Sequence record: PV764602.1
Strand: one strand, 5' to 3'
Length of the DNA: 64,000 nt
The notes beneath the pieces are model-generated. The model saw only the letters and a program-made list of their open reading frames with translations, was not told where the DNA came from and made no database searches. The stretch's first letter is position 1, and each line of letters opens with the position of its first letter. The position numbers and the translations under genes were made by a program. Positions 17,027-26,451 of this stretch are shown one piece after another.

Positions 17027-17728
17027 TCAGCCCTCGTACTCGTCAGCGTCAACCGGAGACGACTGCTTACGCAGCATCTGGCGTTCAGCCCAGCGGGCCA
17101 GCTTATCGAAGTTCTTGATCTTGCTGGCTTCCTCGAATACATAACGGTAGTCGGCCGCAGACAGACGTTCATCGCCACAGTTCTTGATGGACGCGTGCAC
17201 TGCATCCATGTTCATATCCTTGGCCTGAACCATGATGTTCAAGATGACCGGATTGATCTGATTGGCGATCACCACGTCGTTCTCTGCATCCGGGTTGCGA
17301 ATCGGCTTGCGGTTGCGATCACCCAGCGCTGCCGGGGTCTTGCCACTGCCACCGTTCTCAATGCCCATCGACGCATTGATGACCTCGTTACGGATGTTCT
17401 GAATACGTGCATGCTCCGCACGTGCATCGCTGCGCTCCATGAACTTGTTGGCCGCTTCCGGGTCGATGATGAGCAGCAGACCGCTGTTGACCGCACGCTT
17501 GAACGGAGCCGAATTGACGATCACGTCACGGTCGCCGATTTCAACAAGGTTCTGAGGAATGAAGGAAGCTTCAATCATCAGTCGGTTGTTGTCGTCGATG
17601 TGCAGGGACACGCGCGAGCTATCCGAGTGTGCATTCACCGCCATGCGGTTTACGTTCAGCACCCACAGTTCGTCGTGCTCCGAACGAATGGCGTCCATGA
17701 TGGTGATGGCGTGGTTTTCAAGACTCAT
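17027..17728 (-). CDS. hypothetical protein
   Basis: 233 aa; 4-nt overlap with the upstream minus-strand gene; ends at a terminator. Confidence 0.75.
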   Translation of the reverse strand: MSLENHAITIMDAIRSEHDELWVLNVNRMAVNAHSDSSRVSLHIDDNNRLMIEASFIPQNLVEIGDRDVIVNSAPFKRAVNSGLLLIIDPEAANKFMERSDARAEHARIQNIRNEVINASMGIENGGSGKTPAALGDRNRKPIRNPDAENDVVIANQINPVILNIMVQAKDMNMDAVHASIKNCGDERLSAADYRYVFEEASKIKNFDKLARWAERQMLRKQSSPVDADEYEG

Positions 17729-18228
17729 GAGAAATCTCCGATGGGTTTAAGGATTTGATACTCCGCCTTTGTCAGGTTCAATACCCTGCGCAGGCGGTGA
17801 TTGTGGGCATTGAGGAAAGCCAAGTCGCCTTCCTCTAACTTTTTGATTCCCGACAGGAATGCCTTCCAGTTCTTTCTAGACAAGGCAGCTATGAACTTGC
17901 TGACGGACCATTTCGATTGGCTAAACCAAGGCGAAGCTAGTTTGTCTCTGCACAGCTGCTCAATGTCATCCGGTAGCACTGTCGTGGCATACGGCACGCG
18001 CTCTAGGAATGTTGCATACTCATCGAGAATCAGGATGCGGGCTATTCTTAACTTACCTCTCTCCCGAGAGGTACGCAGGGCAGCTAACGTGATGCCCTTG
18101 GTGGTTGCAATGAGCTTCGGGGTAGTAACACCTTTGATGCACATTCCCTGAGCCCAATACATGCAGGAGAAGTTCCCACATGATCCTGTATAAGAAGTAC
18201 CGATAAGTGGACAGCGAAGCTTTGTCAC
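17725..18228 (-). CDS. hypothetical protein with N-terminal Cys cluster
   Basis: CP...C...C......C pattern; coupled by 4-nt overlaps on both sides. Confidence 0.7.
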   Translation of the reverse strand: MTKLRCPLIGTSYTGSCGNFSCMYWAQGMCIKGVTTPKLIATTKGITLAALRTSRERGKLRIARILILDEYATFLERVPYATTVLPDDIEQLCRDKLASPWFSQSKWSVSKFIAALSRKNWKAFLSGIKKLEEGDLAFLNAHNHRLRRVLNLTKAEYQILKPIGDFS

Positions 18229-19463
18229 TTTCTCCCTTTCCGACTAATAGCTTTGAGTAGCTTGTTCAAAGTTGCCTTGGTGAATTGGTAGTGGGGCAGG
18301 CTGTAATATAGCTCGGACGCATACACACCAATAAGCATCGCATCAATAACGTGAGGCTCTTGATCCGTTTGCTTGTATACGTCCTCAAGGTTGAACTTGG
18401 CGTTGAATGCGTTTTTCCACTGCGACGCAGGGAATACCACAGTCGGTTCTTTCGTTCGTACCATGAATGCCCCGATCATTGCGTTCACTGCTTCCATCGT
18501 GGTGCCGTTCAAGCCCATGCGATACATGAACCTTTCCGCCGCCCACGCAGAAGCACCGAACTCCTGACCTAGTGACTCAATCTCATTCAAGAAGCTCAAT
18601 ACTTGCATTCGATGTTCGCTTCCGACCATCGACTTAACTGTGCTGTTGATCTTCCCTGATCCACGTACTACTGGAAGTTTTCCATACTCCACGTTGAGGC
18701 ATGCCCATGCACAGTTGGACGTACCTGGGTCGAGACTGAGAATGGTCATCATTGGCCGCTCAACACGGCGAATGATTCCCGCAACCCAATCGAACCCTGA
18801 TCTGAACCACCCTTCGGGAAGCTCATAGGCATTGCGTCCCTTGACCACAAAGACGCGCAGCTTTTTCTTCTTTCCAGCTTTAGCCAAACTGACGAACTTG
18901 TCCCATTCCGAGTACAGCTTGTTTACGCTCACTGCACAGATGGGGGCGCCGTTGGCCATAGCAGACGGAACATAGTGGCGGACGATCTTGTCAGTGGTAA
19001 AGGCGATGGAATCCCCATCCCTAGCCGCCGTGATCTTGCCACGTATACAATTAGTCGGAAGGCGTCCTGAGCGATATTTGGCAGGTGGGGCCTTGCATTT
19101 GGGGCAGCTGTCGAACTTGGTAGCCGCAGCCCAATTATGTGCCGCCACGAACTGCTTGTTGCACACCTTGCACAGGTAACGCCGTCCTTTAGCCTCAATC
19201 CGAATGGGTAGCACACGGTCGAATTTCTTGATGACCCGAGCTATCCATTCGGCTTGCTGCTGGCCTCCTGCATACATGCAAGCCTGACACTTGCCTGCAC
19301 TCGACAACATAACCCGAGGGCTACGATTGAACGTCTTGCCACACCCCACGCACTTGTGGGCTATGGCTATGTCCCTGCCTCGATACTTACCCAGCATCAA
19401 GTTGGAACCAAATCGCTTAGTCAGCGCCGCAGTGTAGGCCGCTGCCTTAGCCCCTTTTGCCAC
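18225..19463 (-). CDS. ruvC: Zn-ribbon repeat protein fused to RuvC-like Holliday junction resolvase
   Basis: CxxC pairs (CVGC/CQAC, CKVC/CPKC); C-terminal ILSLDPG, AAERF, HVIDA acidic triad. Confidence 0.75.
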   Translation of the reverse strand: MAKGAKAAAYTAALTKRFGSNLMLGKYRGRDIAIAHKCVGCGKTFNRSPRVMLSSAGKCQACMYAGGQQQAEWIARVIKKFDRVLPIRIEAKGRRYLCKVCNKQFVAAHNWAAATKFDSCPKCKAPPAKYRSGRLPTNCIRGKITAARDGDSIAFTTDKIVRHYVPSAMANGAPICAVSVNKLYSEWDKFVSLAKAGKKKKLRVFVVKGRNAYELPEGWFRSGFDWVAGIIRRVERPMMTILSLDPGTSNCAWACLNVEYGKLPVVRGSGKINSTVKSMVGSEHRMQVLSFLNEIESLGQEFGASAWAAERFMYRMGLNGTTMEAVNAMIGAFMVRTKEPTVVFPASQWKNAFNAKFNLEDVYKQTDQEPHVIDAMLIGVYASELYYSLPHYQFTKATLNKLLKAISRKGRK

Positions 19464-19629
19464 AAATCCTCCGAAATTGGCGGTTAAACGTGCTATAGCT
19501 GGGATTGTCTAGATAGCCCCAGCAGTTAATTTTAGATGACAGGCAAGCTCCCCTTGAACGTAGCGGGACGCTTCCTACGCCTATTATTTACAGTATTGCC
19601 CTGAACCGATTTCCTCATAAGAGTTGCTC

Positions 19630-20862
19630 ATGGCCACTAGAGTTTCACGGCCGAAAAGGCCATATCTACCTCCCAAGAATAATCGGTTGGTGAGTGTAGG
19701 GCAGCGTAATCTACAAGCCCTGCATCACAACAATCGACAGAACGTAATCAACGCCATCAGCGCTACCGGGTACCCCATCACCCTCTACAACACTCTGAGG
19801 ACGGGCATCAAATGTAGCTGCATGTTCGTACAGCAACCTCCGAACCAACTCCTAGATCAAGAGGGGAAGCTTTCGGAAAGCAATATGAACGCGCTTCTTG
19901 AGCCTAGCTCTGGCCTACTTGATTACGGACAAGACACGCTACCCTCTGAGAACCTGCAATCGGTTCTTCCGGTGGAGCGAATCGCGCTCAACGATACTTC
20001 GCGTCCGATCCTGAATCCATACGAGCGCGCCGAACGCACTCAATTTGACCACATCGACACATCCACTGCACAGATGGATCGGATGGTGGACGATTGGGAT
20101 ACGCTCGAAATGGATACGGAGTTTGACGCAGTGCTGACCCCTGAACGCTTCATGGCTAATCAGGGACGCGCCTGCGCCGTGTGCTTCGGTACGGGTTACG
20201 TGGGTGGGTACGAACTGCTGCATGGCACTCGACTCATCCTGACGCCTCTGCATCCACATGAGCGCTCGGACACGATTGTACTTGATCGCAACGCCAGTCC
20301 TAACACGTTTGACAGCATGACGGAAGGTTGGGTTCGTTTCCAAGTCACGCTGCCGCGAGGCACTGACTACGCCCTATTCCCCCGACTGTTCAACAACACG
20401 ATCCCCATCCCCTACAAGGAATGGAAGCTGTTGGATAACGAGGGCATTCGGATGGACCCTGCACGTATCAAGGAATTGTGCATTGGTAAACCGATCTTCA
20501 TTGAGGTACACGTAGGTAAGCTAGTGTTCACCCATCTGGAGATTCTTCTCAGCGGTCGGCCTCAGAATCAGCCGCTCAAAGCAGACAGTCCTGAAATCCA
20601 GACGATCACTGACGTGAACCGAATGGACGCCAAGACGCCTGTTACGTGGATTCTCGGTGGCACCTACAATATCTCCAAGCGCGCTGTGGTGATTGACCAC
20701 TTGCCGGGAATGAGTAGGCACTGGCGAGTCAACGACATTCAAGCCCGTCGGGATAACCTCAACTGGATTTACGAAGAGACTCTATCGAGTCGATTGGTTG
20801 ATCTGTACGAAATCACCCAACTCCTACGTCCTGTCCGTTATGAAACGGCCCCACTAGACTAA
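19630..20862 (+). CDS. virion structural protein (neck/head-completion-like) with Zn motif
   Basis: CSC and CAVCFGTGYVGGY motifs seen in large-myovirus virion proteins; first gene after a divergent promoter gap. Confidence 0.55.
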   Translation: MATRVSRPKRPYLPPKNNRLVSVGQRNLQALHHNNRQNVINAISATGYPITLYNTLRTGIKCSCMFVQQPPNQLLDQEGKLSESNMNALLEPSSGLLDYGQDTLPSENLQSVLPVERIALNDTSRPILNPYERAERTQFDHIDTSTAQMDRMVDDWDTLEMDTEFDAVLTPERFMANQGRACAVCFGTGYVGGYELLHGTRLILTPLHPHERSDTIVLDRNASPNTFDSMTEGWVRFQVTLPRGTDYALFPRLFNNTIPIPYKEWKLLDNEGIRMDPARIKELCIGKPIFIEVHVGKLVFTHLEILLSGRPQNQPLKADSPEIQTITDVNRMDAKTPVTWILGGTYNISKRAVVIDHLPGMSRHWRVNDIQARRDNLNWIYEETLSSRLVDLYEITQLLRPVRYETAPLD

Positions 20863-20870
20863 AACAACTT

Positions 20871-22178
20871 ATGAACAAGCTAAAGCGTCTCGGTCAGTCT
20901 ACGGTGACTGCTCTCACTGATTATCAGTTCCGCACTGTGGGTGAAGTGGAAAAGGTTCTGGCAAGCATGCCGCTGCCTACGATGGAAACTGCCACGTCCC
21001 TGCGTCGTCTCCCCATCTCCGACTCGAAGGAAGAAGTCCCCGTTGAGGACAACAAGCCAGAAGGTTGGACGCCGGGCCAGCGCCTGTCCACCAACAAGTT
21101 CAAGCATACTGGTGTTCCGGGTGAGCCGGTCAAGTTCAATCAGCGTGAATCGCGCGAGATTCGGGCCCTGACCAACCTGCACCACGACTTGGCGGATCAG
21201 GGCGAGAAGATCAACTCTCTCAAGGTCAACGCCCTAAATTCGTTCAAGGGTTCCAAGTTTGAATCTCAGATGGAACGCGCTCTTGGCCTGTTCGACAAGC
21301 GCGAGCGCGAACTGCTGGAACACGAACTGGACGCACACGGTCGCCTGCACGAAATCGCAGAGAATGCGATCCCCGAGGACGCCCGTGTCACGTTCAACAA
21401 GACGGTCAACCCCATCGTCAAGAATCTGGCAGGCAAGTACAAGTCGCTGACCCGTCGCTACACCGTGACTCTGCTGCCGTCGGATCAGAATGTGGTGCAG
21501 TTCCAGCTGATCGTCTCGCTGGAGAAGCTCAAGAATGACAAGGGCTTTGTTTACCCGCACTTCTACATGATTGTCACCTGTATCATCGACAATCGGAATC
21601 ATTACCACTACTACGTGGACACTTCGACGGCCAAGCCGGTTCCCAATGTGACTCCTATCGAGCACGAAAGCCGTGGCTTCTCCTTCACCAAGGCTGATGA
21701 CGGTCGCCGCCTGCTGCAATCGCACCTGCTGGTGGACGAAAGCATCGACCTGAGTATCCCGACTGAACTGCCGCGCAGTAAGGAAGAGATTGAGGGCACC
21801 AAATTCCGTAACGACAATATCCGCACGGTCAAGGTCAACGCTGACGATCACACGATCACGTTTACCACGGATAAGGATGTTGGTCCTAAGCTGGTGGACA
21901 AGGTGGTAAAGGACATTCTCGCCGATCTTGCTGGTCTGTTCCTGAGCAAGAACCTGCATGAGAAGATGAAGCACAAGGTAACCAAGCTGAGCACCGGCGG
22001 TTACAAGGTGGTGGTGTGGGTTGGTACTCCGACCGCTCGTATTGGTAAGGAGTATCAGGCAGACAGCCATCGTCTCGACGTGTTGCAGCACGACCTGGGT
22101 CTGGATGAAACTCAGGTCAATCAGATTCGCCGCATGCTGCGTGGCCGCTCGCAGATTCGTATTCCGGATCATGAGTAA
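20871..22178 (+). CDS. hypothetical virion protein
   Basis: 435 aa; strong codon bias; METAT motif near the N-terminus. Confidence 0.75.
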   Translation: MNKLKRLGQSTVTALTDYQFRTVGEVEKVLASMPLPTMETATSLRRLPISDSKEEVPVEDNKPEGWTPGQRLSTNKFKHTGVPGEPVKFNQRESREIRALTNLHHDLADQGEKINSLKVNALNSFKGSKFESQMERALGLFDKRERELLEHELDAHGRLHEIAENAIPEDARVTFNKTVNPIVKNLAGKYKSLTRRYTVTLLPSDQNVVQFQLIVSLEKLKNDKGFVYPHFYMIVTCIIDNRNHYHYYVDTSTAKPVPNVTPIEHESRGFSFTKADDGRRLLQSHLLVDESIDLSIPTELPRSKEEIEGTKFRNDNIRTVKVNADDHTITFTTDKDVGPKLVDKVVKDILADLAGLFLSKNLHEKMKHKVTKLSTGGYKVVVWVGTPTARIGKEYQADSHRLDVLQHDLGLDETQVNQIRRMLRGRSQIRIPDHE

Positions 22179-23409
22179 GCTTCGGCAGGTGCTGGTAGTG
22201 CAGGCGGACAGGGGCAACAATGTAGATGACCCCAACATTACTCAGGACAGCACGGCGCTAGATAATCACGAACTGGCAATCTTCGGATTCGGCAAGAAGG
22301 CAGCGCATGAACGCAAGCGCACTGCTTTCTACAAGCACCAAGACTCCGAAGTCGAGCACCTGAAAAATCACGCACGCTCTACCGGCTTCAACGGACACAT
22401 CATGCGCGGTGGCAAGTTCACCAAACGATACATCGCGCACATCAAGAAAGTGAATGACCCTGCCATCGCCCACCGGGTCATTCAATTCCATCACAAGAAC
22501 CAGCTTGGTGTGAAGCATCGCCTTGGCTATCATCATGGCTTTACTACCGCAGTAGTAGACGCCGGACCTGATCCGCACACGGATGACTTCCACGATCTAA
22601 ACGCGGAGCATTCCATGACTGAGAAGACTGAAAACGCTGCACTGTGGAACGGTGAAGCAACGCACACGATGGGCGACAATCTTGGCGAGATTATGGATGG
22701 TCGCCAGTTTGTCGGTACCCTGCTCGACTACGAGTTCAATGAAGTGCCGGTGTGGTATCAGCCGCGCAACAACACGCACTTCCGAGGTTCCTCCACGCTG
22801 GTGATCCCTGATCGCACAGTGGCCTACGGTAACTGGAAGGTGCTGTCTACCAACGGCAAATTCCACGTGCGCAAGCTGCGTGCTTTCCTCGACAAGCAGC
22901 TGCCGCCCGACCGCCGTACCCCTGACTACAAGGCGCTCAAGATCGAAATCAATCCGTCGGAGCTGGTCAAGTCTGTGGATACCACGATCCAGCCCAAGAC
23001 TCAGGTAGACTTGACGGGCGGCACGATGAAGGTCACACAGGATCGCCGCCTGTGGGATGATGAAACTTCGGTACTGGCGAACGAACAGATCGACATGCTG
23101 CTCACTCAGATGCACGCTGCTGGCTTCAGTTTCGTTCGGAGCTACTACAGCGTGCATTACGCGTTCTACGATGCCAAGCTGGACTCGCACGTGCTGTTCA
23201 ACCTCAGCACTTCGCGCACCAAGAGCATCGCAGAAATCGAGAATGCCCTTGCTGCGATCAGCTGGAACTTCCAGCCGCTCGAATACCAGTGGCCTTCCTA
23301 CAATGGTGTGGCTCCGACGTGGCGTGGACACACGCAGCTTGCGAATGGTAAGCGTCTTGTGATGGCCCTTGATTACGCCAAGAGCACGCTCACTTTCGAT
23401 CTTCGGTAA
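22171..23409 (+). CDS. modular putative internal head protein
   Basis: ATG at 22171 overlaps the upstream stop; His-rich module shared with the 23416 protein. Confidence 0.7.
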   Translation: MSKLRQVLVVQADRGNNVDDPNITQDSTALDNHELAIFGFGKKAAHERKRTAFYKHQDSEVEHLKNHARSTGFNGHIMRGGKFTKRYIAHIKKVNDPAIAHRVIQFHHKNQLGVKHRLGYHHGFTTAVVDAGPDPHTDDFHDLNAEHSMTEKTENAALWNGEATHTMGDNLGEIMDGRQFVGTLLDYEFNEVPVWYQPRNNTHFRGSSTLVIPDRTVAYGNWKVLSTNGKFHVRKLRAFLDKQLPPDRRTPDYKALKIEINPSELVKSVDTTIQPKTQVDLTGGTMKVTQDRRLWDDETSVLANEQIDMLLTQMHAAGFSFVRSYYSVHYAFYDAKLDSHVLFNLSTSRTKSIAEIENALAAISWNFQPLEYQWPSYNGVAPTWRGHTQLANGKRLVMALDYAKSTLTFDLR

Positions 23410-23415
23410 TGTGCC

Positions 23416-25608
23416 ATGGACCAGCAGGAAGGTGAACACCCCTTCGACTATCATCTTCGGATGATAGTTCACGCTGCCAAGGAGGCTAGGGATGCACACG
23501 AACGCGGAGATCACGTTCGTGCACGTCAATGCCACCAGCAGGTCATGCACCATATCCAAGAATCGAAGAAGCACAAGCCGCCACTGCCTCCACCGTCGCT
23601 CTCTTCTGCGAGTACAGCCATGCCCACTTCTCTACGGGTGCACGCCACAACGCTTCAAGATGCGCACCGCATCGTCAACGATCATGCTTCGGACATCCAT
23701 GGCGGTGACGATCATGCAGACGTGTCAAAGCGTCGATTCACTAAGTACCAAGTAAATGGCGGTGACGCCGAACGCGCCTTGCATGAATTGAAGGCAGCCG
23801 GTTTCAAGCCTGCCAAGAACCATGCACCTCGGGCTCAGCATCATCTGACCAACGGACGCACTCACGTGATGTTCCGTCATCCTGAGGGACGCAACGAAAT
23901 GCACGTAGTACACGTTCAACACGCCACCATCAACACTTCTGAGACCGACAACATGTCCCTTTCCGCACGCGCGCAGGCCAACCTCGCTTCCATTGAAACC
24001 GCTGCAAAGATGACCGAAGAACAGAAGCAGCACTCTGCTTTCAAGCGCGGCTTCAAGGAAGGACACAGTGGCAAGCATGATAGCCGTTCGGGTATCAGTA
24101 ACGCCCACGCCGACCACTTTGAGCAGGGCCGCAATGCTGGTACGCATGCACGTGCTGCGGGTGCATCGTTTGATGCCTCCCATGCCAAGGCCCATCATGA
24201 CTACTTCAACAAGGGCAAGAAAGTTGACCGTCATGTTTCTCCCGAACAGAAGAATCGTATTGACCTTGAGAAGAAGGCTTCTCACTACTCCGACAAAGTA
24301 GCCAAGCACGCCCAGAACACTGGCTACACCGGCAAGACTCACGATTGGGATGGTTGGGTTCACGACGACGCTGTGAAGCACGTCAAGAAGCTTCCTAAGG
24401 ATCATCCGGCTCACAAGGATTTGGAGAAGTTCCATCACTACGATAAGCTGAATCAAGCTGAGGCATCTGTAGCCGAAGAGGCTGCCTATGGTGACTACAA
24501 GGGTTATCATCCGCACCGCGCCCTTCATGACGAAGCTCGCCATATGCTGGAATCGCGTGGTCACAAGACCGGCCGCAGTTCGGAACGTATGAGCGCTCCT
24601 GCCGGTGGTAAGGGTATGCGCATCGATCATCAGGTAGGTAGCAACGCCCACAACCTGCCTCGCCATGAGCAGCACGCCGAACATATGGCTGCCACGCAGG
24701 AACTCCATAAGCTGGTTCAGAAGCATGGCTTCCAGCATACGGAAGGTGGTACGTACCACCACCCTGAAACGGGCGCAAAGGTTCACATCCATACTCCGCG
24801 CGTAGGCAAGTCGGGGGATGGTTATCAGGATCACCACGATAACCATACCAACATGAGCATCACCCACAGTCTCAGCAAGCCGAAGCACACCGCAGGAATG
24901 GAAGAAGAAACTGCTCTGTTCAACAAGGGTCCGAAGTTCGGCAAGAACTGGAAGGATCATGAGAAGATTGACGACCACAAGCATCACATGAAGCATGCTG
25001 GCAAGCATCTTGCTGAGTACAACCGTGCTACGCAGAAGTGCAACGATGCTCGGGATGCTGGCCGCAGCGAAGAAGCCAACAAGTTCGCCGATCTGGCAGA
25101 ACGCCACCTTGGTTGGAACCGGCAGCACCTTTCCAGTGCTCGCCGCATCTACCACAAGTCGATGGCCTCTTTCGACGCGGAAGTCGCCTCTCTGACGATT
25201 GAGGAAGCGGCGGCTGCACCGAAGACTGTGCGTGGTGAACCCAAGCACATCAGTCCGTGGGACAACCGCCATCTGCACGCAGCACCGGGTGCAAACAATT
25301 CGTCGTCTGCTATCGCCAAGAAGGTGCTGCCGAAGACGGGTACTCACACCAGCAACGGTGAAATCAACACCCATCACGTGAGCACCCCTTCCTCTGCGGA
25401 AGATGCGGTTCACATCCATACGAAGCTCCATGAGGCTGGCTTCCAGCCGCACGGTTCGGTTCACAAGTGGAAGTCCGCTGGCGTCACCCACATGCACCAC
25501 ACCTACCGCGATGCATCGGGTCATGAAGCTCGCGTGCACCATTCCGTTAGCCCGTCGCCCAAGGGTGATCGTCACAACGTAAGCGTGCACATCTTGAAGC
25601 ACAGCTAA
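23416..25608 (+). CDS. His-rich multi-module putative internal head protein
   Basis: 730 aa; repeated H..L...GF...Y.HP.G modules separated by ETAA/EEAA/ETAL/EVAS. Confidence 0.75.
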   Translation: MDQQEGEHPFDYHLRMIVHAAKEARDAHERGDHVRARQCHQQVMHHIQESKKHKPPLPPPSLSSASTAMPTSLRVHATTLQDAHRIVNDHASDIHGGDDHADVSKRRFTKYQVNGGDAERALHELKAAGFKPAKNHAPRAQHHLTNGRTHVMFRHPEGRNEMHVVHVQHATINTSETDNMSLSARAQANLASIETAAKMTEEQKQHSAFKRGFKEGHSGKHDSRSGISNAHADHFEQGRNAGTHARAAGASFDASHAKAHHDYFNKGKKVDRHVSPEQKNRIDLEKKASHYSDKVAKHAQNTGYTGKTHDWDGWVHDDAVKHVKKLPKDHPAHKDLEKFHHYDKLNQAEASVAEEAAYGDYKGYHPHRALHDEARHMLESRGHKTGRSSERMSAPAGGKGMRIDHQVGSNAHNLPRHEQHAEHMAATQELHKLVQKHGFQHTEGGTYHHPETGAKVHIHTPRVGKSGDGYQDHHDNHTNMSITHSLSKPKHTAGMEEETALFNKGPKFGKNWKDHEKIDDHKHHMKHAGKHLAEYNRATQKCNDARDAGRSEEANKFADLAERHLGWNRQHLSSARRIYHKSMASFDAEVASLTIEEAAAAPKTVRGEPKHISPWDNRHLHAAPGANNSSSAIAKKVLPKTGTHTSNGEINTHHVSTPSSAEDAVHIHTKLHEAGFQPHGSVHKWKSAGVTHMHHTYRDASGHEARVHHSVSPSPKGDRHNVSVHILKHS

Positions 25609-25611
25609 TCC

Positions 25612-26451
25612 ATGATCGGTGAACGTCTCGCGTACCCAACTGGATATGGCTTCCAGTTGGGTATTCGCACAAGTGAACGTACCATGTGGTCAGATGACGG
25701 GCGCACTGTTCCTCTGGATCATAAGCCGCAGGTAGTTGCCAATCCTATCAACTGCCCGCATCCAATCCCCGAGGATCAATTGATCCCTGCTGATTGGCGC
25801 AATCTGCTCACGGCCAAGCTTCGGTGTCCTGCTTTTGGTACGCAACTTCTGTACGGCATGTGGGCGACCATCGCTCACCTGAGCAACTTCAAAGCTGCAC
25901 AGACGCCGTTGATCGAAATCACGGATGATCTACCTGCGCATAACCTTGGCAACTTCAACATTGTCCACGGTCGGCCTCGCATACAGGTAGCCAAGTCGCG
26001 CATCTACACTTACGCGGCGCTGGCGTCGATTATCGCCCACGAAACTGCGCACCAAATTCAACGCACCGTGTTCAACTCTTCGGAAGAGTCCCACGGCGAA
26101 CTGTTCGACAAGATTTGTAGGGAGATTACCTCCCGGACTGGCATTGCGATCCATCGTAGTGTCGATTTTGTTGGGGACAGGTCATTCGCTGTTAGCGATC
26201 CCCTGCCTAGCAAGTACCCCATTTACTACATCATCGCTGATGGGCGGGTATCGTACACGGATAGTCATAGTGAAGTGACGGAAATAATCACTGCTCCTGA
26301 CGCTATTGATGCAGACCTCCAAGTCTACAAGAGCCACGACATTAGCTTGATTGACTGGCTCCGTCCTGAAACTGACCTGAAACGATTTACCCGAGTTCGC
26401 CCGGACGTGCTAAAGGTCATCGCACACAGAGGCACACGCATTTACCCATGA
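25612..26451 (+). CDS. SprT-like zinc metalloprotease
   Basis: AHETAHQ (HExxH) followed by HGELF. Confidence 0.8.
   Translation: MIGERLAYPTGYGFQLGIRTSERTMWSDDGRTVPLDHKPQVVANPINCPHPIPEDQLIPADWRNLLTAKLRCPAFGTQLLYGMWATIAHLSNFKAAQTPLIEITDDLPAHNLGNFNIVHGRPRIQVAKSRIYTYAALASIIAHETAHQIQRTVFNSSEESHGELFDKICREITSRTGIAIHRSVDFVGDRSFAVSDPLPSKYPIYYIIADGRVSYTDSHSEVTEIITAPDAIDADLQVYKSHDISLIDWLRPETDLKRFTRVRPDVLKVIAHRGTRIYP

Noticed and set aside
18225-19463. TnpB/Cas12/Fanzor-like RNA-guided nuclease
   Set aside because: RuvC motifs are contiguous in about 170 aa like a resolvase; Zn ribbons are N-terminal; no array, transposon ends or guide-like 3' RNA recognised.
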